Assembly: GCA_038087875.1 (NCBI GenBank)
Contig: CM075986.1
Location: 15,996,001-16,060,000 of the forward strand
From: Malacoraja senta
Lineage: Eukaryota
Length of the DNA: 64,000 nucleotides
Direction of reading: 5' to 3'
Shown here: positions 48,504 to 60,669 of the stretch, one piece after another
Position numbering within the stretch: the first letter of the stretch is position 1
Layout: each line of letters starts with the position of its first letter
Program-made: the position numbers and the translations under genes
The notes under the pieces: generated by a model
Told to the model about the DNA's origin: nothing
Seen by the model: only the letters and a program-made list of their open reading frames with translations
Database searches by the model: none

Positions 48504-49250
48504 ATCAGAATCAGAATCAGAATCAGATTTTATTCGCCAAGTATGTTTTGCAACATACGAGGAATTTCACTGTCCAGGTCAGTCATACAATTAAAAGCAA
48601 CAGACTCAAAAACACATTTTAACATGAACATCCACCACAGTGACTCCTACACATTCCTCACTATGATGGAAGGCGAAATAAATTTAAAGTCCTTCCTTTT
48701 GTTCTTCCTCGGTCGGGGGCCTCGAGCCCTCCGTTGATGGGACGGTCTTGACTTCCGTAGCCGGCGGTGTTCGGGCCCTCCGCGTCGAAGCATTCAGCTC
48801 CTGCATCGGAGGGTTGTCAGCTCCCCCGCGCCGGGCGATCGAACCTCGCGTCGGTGCTGGTCGAACCTTCTGTGGTGTTGGAGCTCCCGACTAGTCTCTC
48901 CCGAGACTGCGAGCCCTTGATGGTAAGTCCGCAGGCGATCCCAGGCAAGGGATCCGCTCCGATGTTAAGTCCGCGCCCCGCGGTGGGGGCTCACGACAGT
49001 CCGAGGAGGCCTCCAGCTCCAGCGATGGTAGGCCGCAGAGCCCGGAGAATGTGATCCGAAAAATTGATCACATCTCTGGGAAGGTAAGAGCTTGAAAAAA
49101 AGTTTCCCCCGATCACCTCCCCTCTCCCCCACATAAAACCAACCGAAGTACATTAAAACAAACTTTTAACAAACGCTAAAAATAACAAAAAGATGAAAAA
49201 ACGAACAGACTGCCGGCAGGGCTGCCTTCTCCCCGGTGCCCCTGGTGGTC
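48504..49250 (-). mobile_element. Non-coding LINE-derived element with GC-rich body, 3' stem-loops and a (GATTCT)n tail
   Basis: (AGAATC)n at 48504-48526 next to a minus-strand AATAAA. Hairpins at 48541-48558 and 48631-48670 have counterparts in the 15061-15270 element. Confidence 0.6.
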
Positions 49251-49987
49251 CTATCACCATAAACCAAGGCACTTTCAGTGTGTAACAAACAAAAGTGCAG
49301 TTTGGAGATGTCAGGAACTGTGATCATAATCCTCACTCAGGCAGAGGGCTCATAAGGAGCACTTTGAAGCAACAAAGTGAATTGGAGTCAGAAAGGTTTA
49401 GGATCCAATGTCCAAGTTTAGGGTCTGGGTTGGAGCATGCGGTAAGCAGGGGCGGTCCGAGATGCTAGCATTGGAGGAATGCTGGATCCCTGGGGGTGCA
49501 GGGCTGCAGGAGGCTGTGGACACAGAGGGTGGCAAAGCCAGGGTGGAATTGGACTTTGACTGTGGGAATATTAAAACCGGTGCCAAATAGGGAAATAAAT
49601 GTGTCACCTGGGATAGAAACAAAGAACTGCAGATGCTGGTTTATACCAAAGATAGACACAAAGTGCTGGAGTAACTCAACGGGTCAGGCAGCATCTCTGG
49701 AGAAAAAGGATAAGTGACCCGACCCGACCCGAAATGGGTCAATTTCCTCCAAAGAAGCTGCCTGACCCACTGAGTTTCTCCAGAACGTTGTGTCCATCTT
49801 TGTCAACAGGGGGGAGTGGAAATAGGTGAATGGGACTTGGTGGGCCATGAAAAGATGAGCTTACATGGAAGATGGAATGTGGTCAGATGGCCACAGAAGA
49901 ACTGGAATAGTCATTTTTCAATGTGGTATTTAACAATTGTATTGTTTTAACCATGATGTTGTCCTTTACTTTCTGATCTGGCTCTGC

Positions 49988-50760
49988 AGTTTAGTTTAGT
50001 TTAGTTTAGAGATACAGCACGGAAACAGGCCCTTCGGCCCACCGGGTCCGTGCCGACCAGCGTTCACCCTGTATATTAACACTATCCCATACACTAGCGA
50101 CAATTTACAATTTTACCAAAGCCAATTAACAAACAATTAACTGCAAACCTGCATGTCAGGATGGAAACTGGATCTCCAGTGCTGCAAGGGCTGTAAGGCA
50201 GCAACTCTACCGCTGCGCCTCCGTTCCGCCCCTGTTTTTCCATGAAAAACCACTGATTTTCCATTTTAATAAAGCTATATATTATTTATATATGACAATG
50301 ATTTGAGTATTACCCACCATTTAATGTCTGCCCTGCCGACTAACTTCAGACTAATTTGACCAATCCTCAATGTGTTAAAATTAAAAAGGAGGTTGCTTGA
50401 TAGGTCTGGCAGAATCTGCAGATAAAGACACAGAAGAAATCTTGCAGTAGATAAGCTTTTCAAATCGTTAGACCTTAGAGACACAGCGCGGAAACTGGCC
50501 CTTCTGCCCACCAAGTCCGCACTGACCAGCGTTCACCCTGTATACTAACACTATCCTATACACTAGGGACAATTTACGATGTTACCAAAGGCAATTAACA
50601 AACAATCAACTACAATCCTGTATGTCTTTAGAGGGTTGGAGGAAACCGGAGCACCCGTGCGGTCACAGGGAGAATGTACAGCCAGCACCTGTAGTCTGGA
50701 TTGAACGCTGGTCTCTGGCGCTGTAAGGCAGCATCTCTACTGCTGCGCCACTGTGCCGAC
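49988..50760 (-). mobile_element. Two HE1-like SINE copies (~49988-50230 and ~50470-50760)
   Basis: (GTTTA)n tail, gaaacaggcccttcggccca, and the reverse tRNA head ggcagcaactctaccgctgcgcc. Confidence 0.75.
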
Positions 50761-51702
50761 CCACACATTCACCCAGAATCTCATCATACATTAACTCTGT
50801 TTCACTCTCTGAAATACTGCCTGACCTGCTGAGTTCTGTTTGAATAACACAATGGCTGCCCCAGGTTGTGGAAAGGATTCTTCTGGAGTCACTCATAACT
50901 GAGAGAAGGAAGCTTAATAATTTCTGGAATGAGCGGAAGACCTGAGTAAGCGGCGGCGTGATAAAAGTGTAACAAATTCCAAGGATTTAGACTCCATCCT
51001 CCTTATTAGTCCATTTGTAACAGTGTGAACTCACCACATAGAAACCCAGCAAAGGAATATCAATATCAAAACTCTAACTAGCTGCTGCTTAAGGAGGACC
51101 CAGAGAGAGAGGGCTGAGAACTGATCACACCAGACCTGACCCTTGAATCATGAATTGGTTGGCATCTTGCACCCACAGGCCAACTCATCAAAGACGTAGT
51201 CTTGAGAACAATTGTATTAGTATCACTCTGTCCCAACTTCTCAAACGTAAAATATTTTTGTTATGCCTGAAGCCCTGTCTGAAATAATTCATTTTTGGGC
51301 TTTGGGTATTGCTGATGTGGTGAGCCTCTCTCCCGTGGTGGATCCAATTGTTTGTGTAGAAACTTAAATGTTGTGAGACTCTCTGACTCCATCACTCCTC
51401 CGTCTGCGTGTTCCAGATCTCATCCACCTTCGGGGAAGAAAAGTGTTTTCTCAGATCCCCTCTATATTTCGTACCTCTTACCCCAAACCTCTACCCTCTA
51501 TTTTTAGATGCCTCTAGACTTAGGTGAACAAATTCAACTATTGCTATCTCCTATTATTTACCCTACCTACTCATCTAAAGTATTAATGTCTCTATCAGGT
51601 GCTTCTCAACCTAAAAGGCCATGTGTGATTTTGAATCCAAAGTGCCCACTATCCCTTAGATCCTCTGGGCCTTTAGTTTTGTGCAAACTTTCAGCTCGCC
51701 AC

Positions 51703-51987
51703 TTACTTATTTACTGTTATTAGTGACCCCCCCCCAATTATTTTTTTTAAATTTTTTTTAAAGTACTTTTTGTTCCGGTTATTTTACCATATTTGTGTGT
51801 ATGTGTACGTATGTGAGTGTTGTCTGTCCCCGTTTGGTTCCGACCTGATTCGGGTGGATTGAAGGGTAAGGGTAAGGGCTTTGAGGGTCGCTTACATACT
51901 GTTTCTCAATTATGCCTTGATTGACACTGTCTGTTATCATAGTATGTATGCAAATTGCTGTGAAATTCAAATAAAAAGATTTAAACT
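51703..51987 (+). mobile_element. L1-type 3'-end insertion with an 18-bp TSD
   Basis: AAACTTTCAGCTCGCCAC at 51685-51702 and 51988-52005. T-rich body ending in AATAAA. Confidence 0.7.
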
Positions 51988-52046
51988 AAACTTTCAGCTC
52001 GCCACATGGAGCTTTGTTGAATGCCTTGTTAAAATCCCTCTAGAAT

Positions 52047-52415
52047 TGCAACACAATTTTGGAATTAAATCGAATTACGGGTTGGGTGATGGGTGGGGAG
52101 AGATACGAAGCAGGTATATCATCACTTTTTGTTTTTCTTTCTGTTTTTGTCTTTTTATTTCTTTACGTTTTTCTTATTTCTTTTACTGCATTCTTTGGCT
52201 CCACCAATTTGGTAGTCTATGGTTCTATTCTTGCACATTCACTTTCTCTCTCTCTTGCTTTTTCTCTCTTCTTCCTTCTCATCTTTAGCTAAAAATTAAA
52301 ATTGAAGCTGAACAATAAATGTATTGTCATATGCCGCGGTTTATACTTTTGTACACTGCTTCTAATAAAAATAATTTTTTTTTTTTTTTTAATCTAATTT
52401 CTCTGGTAAAAAAAA
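52047..52415 (+). mobile_element. L1-type 3'-end insertion with a 16-bp TSD and poly(A)
   Basis: AAAATCCCTCTAGAAT at 52031-52046 and 52416-52431. TT/AAAA target site, AATAAA and a terminal A-run. Confidence 0.75.
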
Positions 52416-53085
52416 AAAATCCCTCTAGAATACATCAACCATGCTGCAGTCATCGGCCTTCATTGATACCTCCTCCAAATGTTGTATTAATTTCACAGAT
52501 ACAACCTTGAGAGTTACAGTATATCAGACATCAGCCCCTCTATTCTACTGTGTCCATGTTAACCATGAACCATCCACCCATACTGATACAATTTGTCTCT
52601 CTCTCGGTCTTCATCAATTTTCCAACCCCATCACCACCCTGTCAACTGATTCTCTTGCCACCCATATAAAAGAGAGCCAATTTACACCAGTCAGCTTCCC
52701 TTTAGCATATGGGTGAAAACCAAAGTACCCAGGAGAAACCCATTCACAGGGAGAACGTGCAAACTCCACGCACGCAGGACCACTGGACCAAACCTGACCT
52801 GTGAGACAGCAGCGTAGTTCAGCTCTGCCTCCCTTAACAAACCCATATCCCTCTAAATCCTATCCTATCCATGTACCCATCCGTATCTGGGGTATTTCAC
52901 CTGGGCCAGGGGATTTACCTGCTTTGAAATATGTTGAATACTCAATATGTCCTCTCTCACCCCATTCATCACCTCAGTCACAATGTTGGCACGAACACCT
53001 TAATTTGTGGAGACCATGTGAGATATTCTACTCACGCCTTCTGCATTACACACTTGGAAAAGAATCCTACTTTACCTTCTTCCCT

Positions 53086-53385
53086 ACACGGTGGCACAGT
53101 GGTAGAGTTGCTGCCTTACAGCGCCAGAGACCTGGGTTCGATCTTGACTACCAGTGCTGTCTATACGGAGTTTGTACCTTCTCCCTGTGACTGTGTGGGA
53201 TTTCTCCGGGTGCTCCTGTTTCCACCCACACACCAAAGGCGTACAGATTTGATGGTTAATTGACTTTGGTAAAAAAAAATGTACATTGTCCTTAATGTTT
53301 AGGATAGAGCTGGCGTACAGTGGTCGCTGGTTGGTGTGGACACCGTGGGCCCAAGAGTCAGGTTCTGTGCTAAACTGTAAACCTA
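53086..53385 (+). mobile_element. Near full-length HE1-like tRNA-derived V-SINE
   Basis: A-box TGGCACAGTGG at 53092-53102 and B-box GGTTCGATC at 53135-53143, then a V-domain and CR1-like tail. Confidence 0.8.
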
Positions 53386-54149
53386 GAAGATTTCTTGCCA
53401 ATTTATTATCAGATTCTGTTCCTCGCTCTTTGCTGGTCCCATAACTCTGACAACCCTCAGTAATTTTACAGCAATACTATATTTAATGTTTGTCACTAAT
53501 TGCACTGTACAAACCAATCCTTTCCTAAAAAAGAAGAAGCATTAAAGATTCCTGTTATTTTGTAACCAAGAAGAAAAATTACAGAGTTGTTCTGTACAAA
53601 TACACTCAACTCCATGTGGAAAGTTATTATTGAATCTGTCTCCACCAACATCTGAGGCAATTTATTCCAGATTAAAGCAACCTGTTATTTAGAAAAAAAG
53701 TTGCATCTATCTTTGGCATTTTGGGGCAAATTATCTTCAATCTTTTCCTCCTGCTGCCACTGGATACCGCTTCTGACTCAAACCCTTGGCGCCCCCAGGT
53801 CAAATCTTCGTTTAGCTTGGTTTGTTTTGTGCAGCGTACCTTGGGAAAGAAACATTTTTAAAGCCTTCATGTGACAACGTGAGATCAAGGGGAAGGAGCC
53901 AGCACTGAGAAGGGGCAAGGCATGACCTGACACAAGGTTTCAGGTATTTTGAACATACCAAGAATATTAACAAGGGATCAAGCCAAAGGACATTAGAACA
54001 TTAGAAATAGCAGGAGCAGGCCATTCTGCCCATTCTTTCCATTACATTGTTTACCATTCCAATAAACCATGGCTGACCTTCTACCTCAGTGCTACTTGCC
54101 TGTGCTAAAACCCTATCTCTTGATTCCCTTAATATCTTAAAAACAAATG

Positions 54150-54725
54150 ATCTCAAGAAAGTCAAGAGCCAAGAGTGTTTTATTGCCATATGTCCTGAAA
54201 TGGAACAATTAAATTCTTACTTGCAGCAGCACAATGGATATGTGAACATAGTACTATGTAAATACCATAATAAAGAACAAGTCTATATAGTTTGGAGTCG
54301 GTTTGGAGGTTGAAGTGTTTAATAGCCTGAATATGCTATTAGCCGGTATGTCAGAGAGGATTCTCTTGAACTTCTACATGTGTACAGCAGAGAGCATATT
54401 GACTGGTTGCATCATGGCCTGGTTCGGCAACTTGAACGTCCAGGAGCGAAAAAGACTGCAAAGAGTTGTGAACACTGCCCAGTCCATCACCGGCTCTGAC
54501 CTCCCCACCATCGAAGGGATTTATCGGAATCGCTGCCTCAAAAAGGCAGCCAGCATCATCAGAGACCCACACCACCCTGGCCACACACACATTTCACCAT
54601 TGCCATCGGGAAGAAAGTACAGGAGCCTGAAAACTGTAACGTCCAGGTTCAGGAACAGCTTCTTCCCTACAGCCATCAGGCTATTAAACACGACAACCTC
54701 AAATAAGCTCTGAACTTCAATAGAC

Positions 54726-54764
<39 letters not shown>

Positions 54765-55015
54765 CTTTATTATTATTATTGCACTACTATTGTTTGCTTG
54801 TTGTGTGTACATATGTGTGCGTGTGTGTGTATGAGTATACATATATATGTCTGTGTACTTGTGGGTATGTGTACATATACACACTGAACTTTTTTTCTCT
54901 CGTTTATTATATTGCTTACAGAGTACTATGTTTACATATTCTGTTGTGCTGCAGCAAGTAAGAATGTCATTGTTCTAACTGGGACATATGACAATAACAC
55001 ACTCTTGACTCTTGA
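54150..55015 (+). mobile_element. Rex1/Babar-type LINE 3' end with an inverted tail copy at its 5' side; internal (TTA)n microsatellite at 54726-54780
   Basis: ORF 54303-54713 (...FYMCTAESILTGCIMAWFGN...RFRNSFFPTAIRLLN). Tail ctcttgactcttga at the end, mirrored by tcaagagccaagag at ~54162. Confidence 0.85.
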
Positions 55016-55499
55016 ATCATAGAAAGGTACAGCATAGAAATGATCCCTTTCTGCTTACCTCGTCAATTCCAACCGTGATGCCTCGTAATCACATCTGCCT
55101 GCAATGCACCTGTATCTCTCTAACCCTTTCCTGCCCAAATGCCTTTTAAATATTGTAATAATCCCTGCCCCAATCATTTTCTCAGGTAGCTCCACCCAGA
55201 TAACCAAATTGCTGCAAAAAACATACCCCTCAGATTGTCTTTATATTTCTCCCCTTTCATCTTACACCCTCTGGCTCTGGACGCCGCTGCCCGAGGTAAA
55301 TATTATATTTATCTTATCTGTGCCCCTCACAATTTTATAACCCTCAAGAAAGTCTCTCTCTCCCCCCCCCCCCCCCCTCAGCCCCTGACTTTCCAGTGGG
55401 AATAATCACAACCTATCCAATCTCTCAGTATAACCACAGAGACGGGGAATCTACAGCTCTCCAGGGTAGAGATCCCCAAAGGTTCAAGTGGGATAGGAG

Positions 55500-55900
55500 G
55501 GTCGTCGTGTAGGGCGATGAGCGTGGTCTTATAGGGGTGTACAAAATCATGAAAGGAATAGATCGGGTAGATGCACAGAGTTCCTTGCCCAGAGTAGGTG
55601 AATCCATGACCAGAGGACATAGGTTTTAGATAAAAGGGAAAAGATTTAATAGGAATCCGAGGGGTAACTTTTTCACACAGAGGGCGGTGGGTGTATGGAC
55701 CAAGCTGCCAGAGGAGGTAGTTGAGGCTGGGACTATCCCAACGTTTAAGAAACAGTAAGACAGGTACATGGATAGGACAGGTGTGGAGGGATGTGGACCA
55801 AACGCGGGCAGGTGGGACAAGTGTAGCTGGGACATTGTTGGCTGATGTGGGCAAGTTGGGCCGTAGGACAAGCTCCACGCTGTATCATTATGTGACTGTA
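55500..55900 (+). mobile_element. CR1 LINE 3' fragment
   Basis: gtgtacaaaatcatgaaaggaatagatcgggtagatgcacag...gaggggtaactttttcacacagagggcggtgg...gggcaagttgggccg. Confidence 0.75.
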
Positions 55901-55904
55901 TGAA

Positions 55905-56279
55905 GGGACCCGGGCCCCTGGTTCTTTATGTCCCAGCCACAGGAGGCGTAGCCTGGAATAGTGCGGGGTGGGGAGGGCGAGAAAGCGATTGAATTTTTTA
56001 ATGAAAACGTTTTCTTCTCAATCAACCTCTCCTCATTTGCGCGCAGCCCTCTCCTTATATAGAGGCTGCGAGCTGAGTGAGCCGAGGCTGCCGCTTTATA
56101 AGTAGAGGGTGGGAGAAGGTAGCGTCTCATTCGGCGCTGCTCCGGGCCGGGCAGAGTACGGGAGCGGAGATCACAGGCGGCTGGGACGAGGGCGGACACA
56201 GACACAGACACAGACACGGACACGGACACAGACAAGGGGGCGGTGACGGGGCAAAGTCCGGGCCCAGGGAAGGAGCACT
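55905..56279 (+). promoter_or_regulatory. CpG-island promoter and 5' UTR of an unidentified gene
   Basis: CArG-like CCTTATATAG at 56053-56062, TATAAG at 56097-56102 and Inr-like TCATTC with A at 56129. A (GACACA/G)n repeat lies at 56195-56234. Confidence 0.6.
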
Positions 56280-56367
56280 ATGATCGGCAGCAGGTCCGGA
56301 AGCTTGGTGCCTCCGCTACAGGACGGAGACGGCAAGAAACTCGCTCTGAAAGCCTTCCAGAAAGTTG
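56280..56367 (+). CDS. Candidate first coding exon of an unidentified gene (MIGSRSGSLVPPLQDGDGKKLALKAFQKV-)
   Basis: First ATG after the putative TSS, with A at -3. Open frame runs to the donor TTG|GTGAGG (phase 1). No second exon found in the window. Confidence 0.45.
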
Positions 56368-56639
56368 GTGAGGATGGCGACCTTCTGCCTATTCAGCACT
56401 GAGCCTCCGCGTGTAGGCGAGACCCCCCCCCCCCCCCCCAGTCCCAGTGAGGGATCTCCCCCCCTTGCGGAAAGGAGGGAGCCTCGGGGGGGGGGGGGGG
56501 GGGGTTTACAGCCGCGGGTTGGGGTGGAGAGCCGGCAGCTTCAGGGGTGTGGAGACCGGCATTGGGCGATGCCAGTTCGCTTGTCCCGGGCATCGTTCCC
56601 TCAGTCACCGCCTTGACTTATCCCGGGCCGGGCCGGGCA

Positions 56640-56685
56640 CCCTCTACCCTCTACCCTCTACCCTCTACCCTACCCCCCTACCCCC
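56640..56685. repeat. (CCCTCTA)n heptamer repeat
   Basis: About 4 perfect copies plus degenerate ones; G-rich on the minus strand. Confidence 0.8.
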
Positions 56686-57048
56686 TGCCCGCTTCACCCA
56701 TATTCGAGGAACGGCCCAATTGTGCATGAATATGGATACAAGGAACTAACTAACTGCAGGTGCTGGTTTGCCAAAAAAGGACACACAGTGCTGGAGTAAC
56801 TCAGCGGGTCGGGCAGCATCTGTGGAGAACATGGATAGGTAACGTTTCGGGTCGGGACCCTTCTCCAGAGTGTGAACCTCTCCAGAGATGCTGCCTGGCC
56901 CGCGGAGTTACTCCACCCGGCGTCTCCCAATGTAATTGAGTTTGGGTTTTGATTGTATTTATGGGATCATTTGATTTGATCGGAAAGCGTTTAAAGCAAA
57001 GCTTCTCGCTGTTCCCCGGTATAGGGGACAACAAACAGTAAACCTAAG

Positions 57049-57174
57049 GTAGACAAAAGTGCTGGAGAAACTCAGCCCATTTCCTTCGCTCCATAGATGC
57101 TGCTGCACCCGCTGAGTTTCTGCAGCATTTTTGTCTACCTTCGATTTTCCAGCATCTGCAGTTCCTTCTTAAAC
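57049..57174. mobile_element. Penelope-derived fold-back element
   Basis: Short inverted arm followed by the forward body. Perfect 14-bp TSD ACAGTAAACCTAAG at 57035-57048 and 57175-57188. Confidence 0.8.
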
Positions 57175-57827
57175 ACAGTAAACCTAAGCCCACCCGAATC
57201 CAACGGCGCAGCAACAAGGTGATGGTTATTCAGCTCAGCCGCCGCGGGTGTGTGAGTTCATACAGGGGTCTGTCGCCACTCGGCTTCGGGTTCAGCACAG
57301 GCACAGTATCCCGTCTTCACAACCCTGTCTGGAGGGCCGAGGGTTGTGGAGAGAAGAGAAAAAACACAATCTTCAAAAAGGCTATCGCCGAGAGGACATT
57401 AACAGTGGAGATTTGAGACAATGTCCCAGCAGGTAGTGAGGGGGACAGCCAGCGGAGAGAGTGTGTGTGAGAGAGAGAGCAAGGATGGAGATGTCCGGAG
57501 AGGGCTGGGTGGGTTCTTCGTGAACAGCGGGTAGCGACTCGGATGCGATTTGTAAAACAAGATCGAGTCATAGAGAGATGCAGCATGGAAAGCAGGCATT
57601 TGGCTCACTGTGTAACAGCCGGCCCTCCACTAATCCCCCCCTAACCCATTTCATTCTCGAACAACAATAACAAAACAGGGGTCAGGCAGCATCTGTGGAA
57701 GAAATGGACAGATAACGTTTCGGGTCGGGATCCTTTAGACTGATCTGAAGAAGGGTTCTTCCAGCCTTCTTGCTCAAGATCCCAGTGTCTTGTGTCCTTA
57801 TTTTATTCTTCCCACATTCCTCTCAAC

Positions 57828-58131
57828 TAGGGTTGCCAACAGTCCCGTATTAGCCGGGACATCCCGTATATTGGGCTAAATTGGTTTGACTGCTCCTACT
57901 CGGGTCGAGGGGACTGTCGGGTCGGAGCGCCACGTCCAGCCCCGCCTCACCCGTCCCGACGTAGTGCAGCCCATGGAGTGCAGCAGCAGCTCCTCGCCCG
58001 TGGCCCCGTCGGTCGGCAGCCCGGCCAGCTGTCCGACCTTCGGACCTTCGCTTATCGCCGACACCACCACCCCTCCTTCTCATGGCCGATCATCGGTTCC
58101 TTATTTGGGAGTGAGAAAGTTGGCGACCCTA
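57828..58131. mobile_element. hAT-type MITE (304 bp)
   Basis: TIRs TAGGGTTGCCAAC and GTTGGCGACCCTA. Perfect 8-bp TSD CTCTCAAC at 57820-57827 and 58132-58139. Confidence 0.9.
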
Positions 58132-58559
58132 CTCTCAACCCCCCCCTAGATTCTAGCAATCATACACCAGGGGCAATTTACAGCAGTCTAATACCTACCG
58201 GCCCGCCCATCTTTAGAAGCTGGGAGAGCAAACAGAAGCACTCCGAGTAAACTCAGACGGAGAACACGCAAACTCCTGATAGATAGCACCAAAGGTAGGG
58301 TTGAACCAGAGTCCCTGAAGCAGTGAGGCAGTGGCACTACCTGCTGCACCACTGCACTGCCCTAACCATCCAGATGGAGAGATTAATATTTCAGATTAGA
58401 AGGACAAAGGTGTGGAAAGGAAGGATTAGCAGCATTGCAGTGAGTGATAGGCCAGTGAGGGTGAGGAAACTGTGGAAAGATGGTATAAATGAAAGAGATG
58501 GAGTAAGTGAATGCAGGGCAGTGATGCTGATGACAAAGTGGGCAGAGATAGTAACAAGG

Positions 58560-59450
58560 AGTGTGGAAGAGAAATACGCTTACAACCCACAACACTTATG
58601 AGGTACAACAGAAAACAGGGAAGGTTGTTGACGGACACGTCGATGGTAATGGCAGTAAATGGCCGATGGAGTTTAATCCGAGCAAGTGTGAGGTGTTTCA
58701 CCTTGGGAGGTTGAATAGTCATACAGCGTGGAAATAGGCCCCACTGCCTAATTTGCCCACGCAGACCAACATGCACCATCTACACACGTCCCACCTGCCT
58801 GCGTTTGGTCTATATCCCTCCAAACCGTATCCTATCCATTATATGCAGAAAGCATACAGTTCATGGCAAGAGCAGTAGAGAGGGGTCTTGGGATCTAAAT
58901 CCATAGCTCAGTGAAAGTGGCAACGTATGTAAATAGAATGGTAAAGACGATGTATGGTATGCTTCCCTTCATTGGTCAGGGCACTGAGTATAAAAATCAG
59001 GAAATCCTGTTGCAGCTGTATAGGACTGCATTTAGGAGTATTGTGTGCAATTCTGGTCTCCCCATTACAGCATAGATGTGGAGGGTGCAGCAGAGGTTTA
59101 CCAGAATGATGCCTGGATTAGAGGAAGTTACCTATATGGAGAGGTTGGCCAGACTTGGATAGTTTTCTCTGGAACGTCAGAGGCTGAGGAGAGACCTGAT
59201 ATGAGAGGCATAGAAAGGGTAAACAGTCAGAACCTTATTCCCAGCGGGGAAATGTCAAGAACGAGAGGGCATATCTTTAAGGTGGGAGGGGCGACATTTA
59301 AAAGAGATATGTGGGATGTTTTTCACACAGAGCGGTGGGTGCCTAGAGCACATAGGCAAGGGGATGGTGCGGGCGGCTACGATAGTGGCATTTAGGCAAG
59401 TAGCTAAGCAGGGTGTGGGGGATATGGATCACATGCAGGCAAAGGAGATT
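58560..59450 (+). mobile_element. CR1 LINE 3' fragment with a nested reverse CR1 tail (~58715-58840)
   Basis: WPMEFNPSKCEVFHLG...EYCVQFWSPHY...LFSLERQRLR-like motifs. Confidence 0.7.
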
Positions 59451-59741
59451 AACAGTGTCAAAGGGTCATACAACACAGAAGCAGTGCCTTTGGCCCAACT
59501 TGCCAAGGCCGACAATGGTACCCCATTTACGCTAGTCCCACCTGGCCACAATTCACCCACATCTCTGAACCTCTCCCATCCATGTCCCTGTCCATATATA
59601 TTTTAATTGTTGTTATATCATCTGCCTAACTACCTCCATTGGCAGCTCGTTCCATCTATCTACCACCCTCTGTGTGAAAAAGTTGCCCCTCATGTTCCAA
59701 TTAAATCTTTCTCCTCTCACCTTAAACTTATGTCCTCTGGT

Positions 59742-59975
59742 AGATAAACATAAAATGCTGAAGTAACTCAGTGGAACAGGCAGCATCTCTGGATAGAATG
59801 AATGGGTGATGTTTCGGGTTGAGACCCTTCTTCAGTCTCTGAAGTCTGAAGAGGGTCTCGACCCGAAACATCCCCTGTTCCGTGTCTCCAGAGATGCTGT
59901 CTGTCCTGCTTAGTTACTCCAGCATTTTGTGTCGATTTTCAGTGTAAACCAGCATCTGCAGTTCCTTCCTACACA
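59742..59975. mobile_element. Penelope-derived fold-back element with hammerhead-like cores on both strands
   Basis: Plus-strand core CTGAAGAGGGTCTCGACCCGAAACATC at 59846-59872 and a mirror core at ~59808-59835. Perfect 14-bp TSD TTATGTCCTCTGGT at 59728-59741 and 59976-59989. Confidence 0.8.
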
Positions 59976-60669
59976 TTATGTCCTCTGGTTTTTGATTCTC
60001 CTACTCTGGGTAAAACATTGTTCATTCACTCTATCTATCCCACTCAATTTACCTTGGCATCATATTCAGCCCAGACATTATGGGCCAAACAGCCAGTTTC
60101 TGAGCTGTACTGTTCAATGTTCTATATGAAGTGAAAGAATCGTGGGATTCTTCAAGTTAGACGCAGGCAGACAATGCAACAATGAGTTTTGGAAAGCTTC
60201 ATGCTCAGCCAAAAAAGGCATGAGGTTATGATGCAGAGATATACTCGCTGCAGGGACACACCTGTTCAATAGCTGGTAATGTAAGTTGCTGAACAAGCTC
60301 TTGGATGCAGACGACAATCTAATTGAAAGGTGGGTAAATGCTTGCTTCATGTTCCTATTTTGCTGAATGCACAGATTCTCCTCGCCACATGAAAAAAATA
60401 AAGTGGCAGCCGAAAAGGAAAATGAAAAAATACTAAGGAGATGAATTTTATCAAAGTAAATACAAGTAGAAAATAGTAATGGAGAAAATAATGAGATTGA
60501 ATTTAGGCAACTCTCATGGTGGGGTGGATTCAGCATAGTTGCAGTTATCTGACAATGTTTACGAGTGTTTGAAATTAAAAACAAGAAGGCTAAAGTCCAA
60601 CTTCCTTGTTTGCACTAAATCAGGTGGATTAGCAGTGGTTTACAAAGGAGCGGATAGTTGCAACAAAGA

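Noticed and set aside
53086-53160. tRNA gene (A- and B-boxes present)
   Set aside because: No complete cloverleaf; it continues into a V-domain and LINE-like tail, so it is a SINE head.
60374-60455. Possible second exon for the gene at 56280 (cacag|...|gtaaat)
   Set aside because: Stop codons occur in all three frames before the donor.
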